64,000 bases of DNA, from positions 5,456,001-5,520,000 of the forward strand of contig CATNEN010000005.1 of assembly GCA_950097015.1 (NCBI GenBank), given 5' to 3'. The position numbers and the translations under genes are program-made. The notes under the pieces are model-generated. The model was not told the DNA's origin. It did no database searches and was given only the letters and a program-made list of their open reading frames with translations. The DNA comes from Macrostomum hystrix (lineage: Eukaryota > Animalia > Platyhelminthes). Positions 51,301 to 60,472 of the stretch are shown piece after piece (within the stretch, counting starts at the first letter, position 1; every line of letters starts with the position of its first letter).

Positions 51301-54300
51301 CCTGAAGAGTTAAGAAAACCTCAAGATATTCAGAAAACCTGAAGAATTAAGAAAACCTGAAGAATTAAGAAAACCTGAACAATTAAGAAAACCTGAATAA
51401 TTAAGAAAACCTGAAGAATTAAGAAAACCTGAAGAATTCAGAAAACCTGAAGAGTTAAGAAAACCTCAAGATATTCAGAAAACCTGAAGAATTAAGAAAA
51501 CCTGAAGAATTAAGAAAACCTGAATAATTAAGAAAACCTGAAGAATTAAGAAAACCTGAAGAATTCAGAAAACCTGAAGAGTTAAGAAAACCTCAAGATA
51601 TTCAGAAAACCTGAAGAATTAAGAAAACCTGAAGAATTAAGAAAACCTGAAGAATTAAGAAAACCTGAAGATATTCAGAAAACCTCCTGAAGAATTAAGA
51701 AAACCTGAAGAATTCAGAAAACCTGAAGAGTTAAGAAAACCTCAAGATATTCAGAAAACCTGAAGAATTAAGAAAACCTGAAGAATTAAGAAAACCTGAA
51801 GAATTAAGAAAACCTGAAGAATTAAGAAAACCTGAAGAATTCAGAAAACCTGAAGAGTTAAGAAAACCTCAAGATATTCAGAAAACCTGAAGAATTAAGA
51901 AAACCTGAAGAATTAAGAAAACCTGAAGAATTCAGAAAACCTGAAGAATTCGGAAAACCTGAATAATTCAGAAAACCTGAATAATTCAGAAAACCTGAAG
52001 AATTCAGAAAACCTGAAGAATTCAGAAAACCTGAAGAGTTAAGAAAACCTCAAGATATTCAGAAAACCTGAAGAATTCAGAAAACCTGAAGAGTTAAGAA
52101 AACCTCAAGATATTCAGAAAACCTGAAGAATTAAGAAAACCTGAAGAATTAAGAAAACCTGAATAATTAAGAAAACCTGAAGAATTCAGAAAACCTGAAG
52201 AATTCAGAAAACCTGAAGAATTAAGAAAACCTGAAGAATTCAGAAAACCTGAAGAATTCAGAAAACCTGAAGAGTTAAGAAAACCTCAAGATATTCAGAA
52301 AACCTGAAGAATTAAGAAAACCTGAAGAATTAAGAAAACCTAAAGAATTCGGAAAACCTGAAGAATTAAGAAAACCTGAAGAATTCAGAAAACCTGAAGA
52401 ATTCAGAAAACCTGAAGAGTTAAGAAAACCTCAAGATATTCAGAAAACCTGAAGAATTAAGAAAACCTGAAGAATTAAGAAAACCTGAATAATTAAGAAA
52501 ACCTGAAGAATTCAGAAAACCTGAAGAATTCAGAAAACCTGAAGAATTCAGAAAACCTGAAGAATTAAGAAAACCTGAAGAATTCAGAAAACCTGAAGAA
52601 TTCAGAAAACCTGAAGAGTTAAGAAAACCTCAAGATATTCAGAAAACCTGAAGAATTAAGAAAACCTGAAGAATTAAGAAAACCTAAAGAAGTAAGAAAA
52701 CCTGAACAGTTAAAAAAACCTGAAGAATTCAGAAAACCTGAAGAATTCGGAAAACCTGAATAATTCAGAAAACCTGAATAATTCAGAAAACCTGAAGAAT
52801 TCAGAAAGCCTGAATAATTCAGAAAACCTGAACAATTAAGAAAACCTGAATAATTAAGAAAACCTGAACAATTAAGAAAACCTGAATAATTAAGAAAACC
52901 TGAAGAATTCAGAAAGCCTGAAGAATTCAGAAAACCTGAATAATTCAGAAAACCTGAAGAATTCAGAAAACGAAAGCTTGCACTCACCAGCCTCAGTCCA
53001 ATATTTTCGTTTGTAAGGCACCCCGAAATAGTGCCGACATCTGTCTAGAAATTTCATCCTTAGCGACCAGAGTCGATCAGGATCCACGGAGCGAGACAAC
53101 TGCTGGCGCTTGGCTGCACGCTTTTCCCGCTTCAGATCTCTCTGTTTTAACAAAAAAAGTGGTTTTTGAGAACTGAAAGAATAACAACTCTCAAAACAGA
53201 ACTTTCTGTATAGCTACATACATTACCTGTTAGACAGAACTCCCATAACCTGTTAGACAGAACTCTCCTAACCTGTTAGACAGAACTCTCCTAACCTGTT
53301 AGACAGAACTCTCCTAACCTGTTAGACAGAACTCCCCTAATCTGTTAGACAGAACTCTCCTAACCTGTTAGACAGAACTCCCATAACTTGTTAGACAGAA
53401 CTCCCATAACCTGTTAGACAGAACTCCCATAACCTGTTAGACAGAACTCCCATAACCTGTTAGACAGAACTCCCATAACCTGTTAGACAGAACTCCCATA
53501 ACCTGTTAGACAGAACTCCCCTAATCTGTTAGACAGAACTCCCATAACCTGTTAGACAGAACTCTTCTAACCTGTTAGACAGAACTCTTCTAACCTGTTA
53601 GACAGAACTCTCCTAACCTGTTAGACAGAACTCTCCTAACCTGTTAGACAGAAACTCTTCTAACCTGTTAGACAGAACTCTCCTAAACTGTTTGACAGAA
53701 CTCTTCTAACCTGTTAGATAGAACTCTGCTAAACCTGTTAGACAGAACTCTTCTAACCTGTTAGACAGAACTCTCCTAACCTGTTAGACAGAAACTCTTC
53801 TAACCTGTTAGACAGAACTCTCCTAACCTCTGAGACAGAACTCTGCTAAACCTGTTAGACAGAACTCTCCTAACATGTTAGACAGAACTCTGCTAAACCT
53901 GTTAGACAGAACTCTCCTAACATGTTAGACAGAACTCTTCTAATCTAACCTGTTAGACAGAACTCTCCTAACCTGTTTGACAGAACTCTCCTAACCTGTT
54001 AGACAGAACTCTGCTAAACCTGTTAGACAGAACTCTTCTAACCTGTTAGACAGAACTCTTCTAACCTGTTAGACAGAACTCTCCTAACATGTTAGACAGA
54101 ACTCTGCTAAACCTGTTAGACAGAACTCTGCTAAACCTGTTAGACAGAACTCTTCTAACCTGTTAGACAGAACTCTTCTAACCTGTTAGATGTGATCCTA
54201 TACTTATTACACGAAAGGATATTTTACAAAAGAACAATAAAATGTCCAACGTTGCTTTGAAAAAAATAAAACAAAGACAATTATTTTTCAGATCAAACCA

Positions 54301-57300
54301 AGTGTAAGCTAGAAAAATTTAAATTAACAAAAACTCTACCATGGCGTCATTGAAACCGGTTGTTATCCACGTATTAGTGTCGATTTTCTAATAGTATGCT
54401 TAGGGAGCCATTTTGTTACATTTGAGCACTCCTTTACACACGAGTAAACTAATGGAAACAAAAAACATACTTCAAGGCTTACTAACAAAGCATTCTACTA
54501 CTACTCGTATTTGCTCCTATTTTTATATTCAACTAAACCCTACACTTAGTTTGTATTGATTGAAATTACCAATTTAATCATAAGCTATTGCGTTTGTGTG
54601 TGTGCGTGTCTAATAAAGCGAAAATGTATACGATCTGTCATACCATATTGTATTGTCTTTTGAATATAGCGTTGTTTACTAACACTCTGTTCAATGGCTG
54701 TTCAATGCTATTTTTCTAAGCTAGATGACAATTATAGATACGTTTATTATTATTATCATGGAGCAAATCTAACGATGCTTACGTAATTTTATTTATGACA
54801 TCTTTTAGGTTTGACGCAACCAGCATACATGATGGCTAGAAATTAACTATTTGCGGGTCGACATCACAGTGGGTGAGACTGAGTCAGGGTGGGTGAGGTG
54901 AGACGGAGGGAGGGTGAGACAGAGGGGTGAGACAGAGGGGTGAGACAGAGGATGAGACAGAGGGTGAGACAGAGGGTGAGACTGAGTCAGGGTGAGAATG
55001 AGTCAGGGTGAGACTGAGTCAGTGTGAGAGTGAGGGTGGGTGAGACAGAGGGTGGGTGAGACAGAGGTAGGGTGAGACAGAGGGAGGGTGAGACAGAGGG
55101 AGGGTGAGACAGAGGTAGGGTGAGACAGAGGGAGGGTGAGACAGAGGGAGGGTGAGACAGAGGGAGGGTGAGACAGAGGGGTGAGACTGAGGGAGAGGTG
55201 AGACAGGGGCGAGACGGAGGGAGTGTGAGACAGAGGGGTGAGACTGAGGGAGAGGTGAGACAGGGGCGAGACGGAGGGAGTGTGAGACAGAGGGGTGAGA
55301 CTGAGGGAGAGGTGAGACAGGGGTGGGACGGAGGGAGTGTGAGACAGAGGGGTGAGACTGAGGATGAGACAGAGGGTGAGACAGAGGGTGAGACTGAGTC
55401 AGGGTGAGAATGAGTCAGGGTGAGACTGAGTCAGTGTGAGAGTGAGGGTGGGTGAGACAGAGGGTGGGTGAGACAGAGGTAGGGTGAGACAGAGGGAGGG
55501 TGAGACAGAGGGAGGGTGAGACAGAGGTAGGGTGAGACAGAGGGAGGGTGAGACAGAGGGAGGGTGAGACAGAGGGGTGAGACTGAGGGAGAGGTGAGAC
55601 AGGGGCGAGACGGAGGGAGTGTGAGACAGAGGGGTGAGACTGAGGGAGAGGTGAGACAGGGGCGAGACGGAGGGAGTGTGAGACAGAGGGGTGAGACTGA
55701 GGGAGAGGTGAGACAGGGGTGGGACGGAGGGAGTGTGAGACAGAGGGGTGAGACAGAGGGTGAGACAGAGGGGTGAGACAGAGGGTGAGACAGAGGGGTG
55801 AGACAGAGGGTGAGACAGAGGGTGAGACAGAGGGGGTGAGACGGAGGGTGAGACAGAGGGTGAGACAAAGGGGTGAGACTGAGGGTGCGTAGAAAGAAAC
55901 GATGTGAGAATGAACATAAAGGATGAGGATGAGTGATGAAATGAGAACTAACTTTATGAAATAAGAACAACAAGGAAGTCTATTATAGAAGAAAAAGCAT
56001 GACTGGGGATTTTAAAGAAGCCACCTAAGAAAAATCGATAAAATCTGGGAAAAAATGGTAGGCATGAATAAAATAGAACTGCTGCAGTGAGAAATGCTGT
56101 GAGGGTAGATTGGCCTGTTTCTAAGAAAAGAGAGAGCTATGTAGCTCCGGTTACAAAATCTGTGTTGAGTAAAAGTCTAGCTTCTCTCTTATATTATTTT
56201 CTACAGAACTAGAAGAAACTCTTAAACGTATGACTAAGTATTGAATGGGCTGTAGACCAGGTCGCGAAAAAAACACAATAGGGGGAACGACTCCTGGTGC
56301 TGTAAGAATTTCCCAGCTCAACACGGCCCGGTCCTACTCAAGCCTGACTAGTCTGCCGAGGAAAAAACAATTGATTTTCACTCTCTTTAACACCAAATGG
56401 CTTACTGAGTCTCTAGTTTTGCATAATAGAAAAACTCCAAACCCTGGATTACTCAACTCCGCGAGAAATTTCTTTTAAAAGAGGGCTTAATCAACAGCTA
56501 AAAAGCTCCATCTAGAAAATAATAAATAATAATCAGACGGACAGACAATTCAAACTACCCAACTCAATTAGGTGTTTAGGCATTCATAAAGGATATTAAC
56601 TTTCAACTATAGCATCAATTTTTGTTGCTTTGTAGGTTAATGCAATACCAAAAGTCAAGCGGCTATGCAGTATGGATCGGTTTTATTTAATAGCTTTGTG
56701 TGCATCTCATCTGACCATGTATTGATCAGTTGCACATTGAATTTGATGTGTTGTGTACATATAACACACGTGGTACACAGGAGATTTAGTGGGGCCGGTA
56801 TTAGCTGCTGCGAAATCCTCTACTAGACATCATTACCTGACAGTATTAGATATTGTAGACAGAGCTATTGAAACACTCTCTCCAATATTGTCAGGCAAGA
56901 CGTCATAGGTTTGTTTTGTCATCAGAAACAAATTAGAGGATATATTAAAAGTGTCTTGAATTCGGAATAACAAAGTGAATTGCTTGAACAATTCTTACTT
57001 ACTTTAATTTTGATTTTGTAATGAGAAATTTTGTTAGGCTTATTGAGACCGAAGACTCAGCGACGGGAGAGACAGAGAGAAGGTGAGACAGACTGTGAGT
57101 GATGACAATTTATAAACACGACAATTCTTGCTTCGTGTTCGGAAGCCAAAAAACTATTGCCAACCACCCCACGGGGAGCATATGTGGGGTGGTTGCTAGC
57201 CAATGGTGCGACAGCTGGGCAGAGGAATTAGACAGGGCATTGTCAGACAATAGGGGGAGGTTACATTTTGGGACTTGGTATTTTTAATTGTACACTTACA

Positions 57301-60300
57301 ATTTCATCGCAGAGAATTGAGTCAGCAACCAATGCCTAAGCGACTCACTCCCACCCATAGATTATCTAGAAAGCATCTTGTGCATTCAACTCAACCAACT
57401 CAAGTGGAGAATATCTAGATTTAGAATGGAATAATTATGTGTTGCTTCTTTTTATATTATTTTTTTCTCCACGGCACCGTGTGTCTGTCTCTCTCGTTTG
57501 AATCTTTGTCTGACGATAAATAAGATTATATAAAAATATATCAAGCTGTGTTCTCGTTAGGTGTCGGTAACCAAGGCAACCGTTAAGACAATCGTTGTAA
57601 ATTGTAGAAAGGAGTGAAAAAAAGAGATTCTGTAATAATAGCTATTAATACTGAGTGTAACCCCAAACTATTTTTGTCTGGAACACTAGCTAATTTAAAG
57701 TCTTTTTCACTATTTTATTAGATGAGAGAGTGAGGTGAAAACGTCACGATTATTTGGTCACAATTGCACAGCAGACACGCACACACAGATTGCTCCAAGC
57801 AATAAACTTACCTATGTGGGCGGTTGGTTCATATTTCAATTCCAAACGATAGATTGACAAGATGATGACAATGGAAGAAAAAAATTAGCTAAAGCTAGCT
57901 AGCTGTGTGAAAACTTTGTGCTTTATTTCGCTTGAAGTTAAAGATTAAGTTAATAAGAAATAAAATGCTTCATTTTATTGTAGAGTTTAGAACACACTGA
58001 TTAAAATGAGTCATTAATTATGGGTCAGATGGTTCGCTTGTGGGTCAGGGGGTTCAAGTATGGGTGAAGGGATTTCATTATGAATCAGGGATTTGATTAT
58101 GGGTCAGGGATTTGATTATGGGTCAGGGGATTTGATTATTGGTCAGGGGATTCAATTGTGGGTCAGGGGATTCAATTGTGGGTCAGGGGATTCAATTGTG
58201 TGTCAGGGGATTCAATTGTGGGTCAGGGGATTCAATTGTGGTTCAGGGGATTCAATTGTGGGTCAGGGATTTGATTATGGGTCAGGGGATTTGATTATTG
58301 GTCAGGGGATTCAATTGTGGGTCAGGGCATTCAATTGTGGGTCAGGGGATTCAATTGTGGGTTAGGGGATTCAATTGTGGGTCAGGGGATTTAATTGTGG
58401 GTCAGGGGATTCAATTGTGGGTTAGGGGATTCAATTGTGGGTCAGGGGATTTAATTGTGGGTCAGGGGATTCAATTGTTGGTCAGGGGATTCAATTGTGG
58501 GTCAGGGGATTCAATTGTGGGTCAGAAGATTCAATTGTGTGTCAGGGGATTCAATTGTGGTTCAGGGGATTCAATTGTGGGTCAGGGGATTCAATTGTTG
58601 GTCAGGGGATTTAATTGTGGGTCAGGGGATTCAATTGTGGGTCAGGGGATTCAATTGTGGGTCAGGGGATTTGATTATTGGTCAGGGGATTCAATTGTGG
58701 GTCAGGGGATTCAATTGTGGGTCAGGGGATTCAATTGTGGGTCAGGGGATTCAATTGTGGGTCAGGGGATTCAATTGTGGGTCAGGGGATTCAATTGTGG
58801 GTCAGGGGATTCAATTGTGGGTCAGGGGATTCAATTGTTGGTCAGGGGATTCAATTGTGGGTCAGGGGATTCAATTGTGGGTCAGGGGATTCAATTGTGG
58901 GTCAGGGGATTCAATTGTGGGTCAGGGGATTTGATTATTGGTCAGGGGATTCAATTGTGGGTCAGGGAATTTCGTCATTTTGTTACTCGATAACTTGGAT
59001 CAAGGAATAAAAAAGCATCTAAAGCCACTTTAATCAGACAATGTTATACGAGTTTAAACACAGTCTTCGAATATTTTGTTTCGGGAAAGTGAGATAAAAC
59101 ACTGACAATTTTCTACTCTAAAAAGTGCACTTCTTTAATCAGGCTAGTGCAAATTTTTCGATTCTGTGAAATAACTCACGACTTAAATTCCTCCTACACT
59201 ACTACCAACGCTAAAATGAGTAAACACGGACGCAAAGGTATGTTCTTTTTGTGTATGAAAATAAATTCACTCTTCATCAAGAATACTGTAAGATGAAGAA
59301 TGACCTTAAATGCTAGATTATAGGTTGCTAAATCTGTGGAATGCGTTCACAATATGACCGAGGTAAGAATATGCCTTAAACAAGAATATGACCTAGACAA
59401 GAATATGACCTAGATAAGAATATGACATAGATAAGAGTATGACATACCGGGTGGCGGTACCACCCGGTAGATAAGAGTATGACATTGATAAGAGTATGAC
59501 ATAGATAAGAGTATGACATAGATAAGAATATGACCTAGATAAGAATATGACGTAGACAAGAATATGACGTAGACAAGAATATGATCTAGACAAGAATATG
59601 ACCAAGATAAGAAAATGACCAAGATAAGAAAATGACCTAGATAAGAATGTGACCTAGATAAGAATGTGACCTAGATAAGAATATGACGTAGATAAGAATA
59701 TGATCTAGATGACAATATGACATAGATAAGAGTATGACATAGATAAGAGTATGACATAGATAAGAGTATGACATAGATAAGAGTATGACATAGATAAGAG
59801 TATGACATAGATAAGAGTATGACATAGATAAGAGTATGACATAGATAAGAGTATGACATAGATAAGAGTATGACATAGATAAGAGTATGACATAGATAAG
59901 AGTATGACATAGATAAGAGTATGACATAGATAAGAGTATGACATAGATAAGAGTATGACATAGATAAGAGTATGACATAGATAAGAGTATGACATAGATA
60001 AGAATATAAAGGGAAGCAAGACCCTATCACATACCTTCTTCCTGCGCAGGTAAGTTTGAAACGATTTCTGCAGTGCAGACTTTGTCGACCCAGTCGATGA
60101 TGCAGTCATGCTGGAGGCAGACTCTGCAATCGCTGGCTGGCCATCGAGAGAAAACTTTGGCCCATCGCCAAAGTCAATGAAAAATGCAGCAGCATTGCTG
60201 TCGCCACCTGTTGAACCTGATGCTACTGTAGACAAATCCTCCTCATTGTCAGTTGTTGACGATGACGAAGAAATTGACTCGCTGTCATTAATTTCATCAA

Positions 60301-60472
60301 TTTCGCTATCCTCATTTCCAGATGCCGCTTCGCCAGTGCAATCTTGCTTGTCATCCTCCTGCTCGGTAACCTCTTCTTCGCTAAGGCCGTCAATGTCATC
60401 TTTAATGGCATGTTGCGCTGTTTCCGAATAAATAGTGGAGACCTTTGGGGGCAATGGCATTTTGATGGACAT
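36336..60472 (-). CDS. NlpC/P60-family (papain-like) cysteine hydrolase with acidic N-terminus and basic C-terminus, ~451 aa, 5 coding exons
   Basis: Exons 60472-60035, 53141-52988, 41841-41638, 40464-40275 and 36705-36336 join in phase (0,1,1,2; sum 1356 nt). Joined core: [13 protein letters not shown]...[14 protein letters not shown]...QPGDLVFIE...[21 protein letters not shown]...[15 protein letters not shown]. The frame stays open up to an acceptor at 60520, so a further 5' coding exon is possible. Confidence 0.85.
36821..37808. repeat. Intronic minisatellite, 20 bp unit AACTCACAGTATCTAGATTC
   Basis: About 49 highly homogeneous copies, with occasional GGTTGCTAGA variants. Confidence 0.99.
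38300..39050. repeat. Intronic minisatellite, ~22 bp unit AAGAGACTAGATCTAGATCATC
   Basis: About 33 diverged copies carrying the palindrome CTAGATCTAG. Confidence 0.95.
39725..40210. repeat. Intronic minisatellite, 16 bp unit TATCTAACACCTACAA (32 bp dimer at right end)
   Basis: About 30 copies ending ~60 nt from the donor at 40274. Confidence 0.95.
40605..41595. repeat. Intronic minisatellite, 24 bp unit TACTCCTAAATTTACCCTGAAGCC
   Basis: About 40 copies filling the intron between exons at 41638 and 40464. Confidence 0.98.
41872..42622. repeat. Intronic minisatellite, 34 bp unit GAAATCTAAAAGTTTCGGAGAAAACAAAGATTCA
   Basis: About 22 copies abutting the acceptor at 41842; followed by a degenerate related tract to ~43000. 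Confidence 0.96.
43590..44655. repeat. Polypurine (GA-rich) low-complexity/tandem tract
   Basis: AGAGGGAAGAGAGAGAGGAGA-type units; source of the E/R-rich and L/S-rich ORFs. Confidence 0.95.
45160..46975. repeat. Intronic minisatellite, 40 bp unit CTACTTCTCACTCTACCCTTCCTACTCTACCCATTCTTGT
   Basis: About 45 copies; rare variants recur at a 640 bp offset. Confidence 0.99.
47300..49535. repeat. Intronic minisatellite, 16 bp unit CTGGAATCTTCCTAAA
   Basis: About 140 diverged copies; a 176 bp higher-order block occurs three times at 49091, 49267 and 49443. Confidence 0.97.
50425..52972. repeat. Intronic minisatellite, 18 bp unit AGAAAACCTGAAGAATT(A/C)
   Basis: About 140 copies starting ~15 nt after the donor GTGAGT at 52987, with a periodic GAGTTAAG..CTCAAGATATTC variant. 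Confidence 0.98.
53225..54190. repeat. Intronic minisatellite, 23 bp unit CCTGTTAGACAGAACTCTCCTAA
   Basis: About 42 copies. Confidence 0.97.
54870..55885. repeat. Composite G-rich repeat (GGTGAGACAGAGG) with an internal ~412 bp duplication
   Basis: The marker GAGAATGAGTCAG occurs at 54994 and 55406 with matching flanks. Confidence 0.93.
58040..58968. repeat. Intronic minisatellite, 20 bp unit GGTCAGGGGATTCAATTGTG
   Basis: About 46 copies. Confidence 0.98.
59352..60008. repeat. Intronic minisatellite, 17 bp unit GACATAGATAAGAGTAT
   Basis: About 38 copies starting ~25 nt after the donor GTATGT at 60034. Confidence 0.98.
59445..59469. mobile_element. 21 bp palindromic insertion with TA target-site duplication (Tc1/mariner-type micro-MITE or remnant)
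   Basis: The unit GACATA|GATAAG is interrupted as GACA-TA-CCGGGTGG-CGGTA-CCACCCGG-TA-GATAAG: 8 bp perfect inverted repeats and a duplicated TA. Confidence 0.6.

Noticed and set aside
59216-59237. Plus-strand ATG-AGT-AAA-CAC-GGA-CGC-AAA-G followed by GTATGT, resembling a first exon
   Set aside because: Too short, and no compatible downstream exon was identified.
58093-59978. ORFs with [10 protein letters not shown] and SYSYLCHTL repeats
   Set aside because: Artefacts of the 20 bp and 17 bp arrays; the real exon ends at the donor at 60034.
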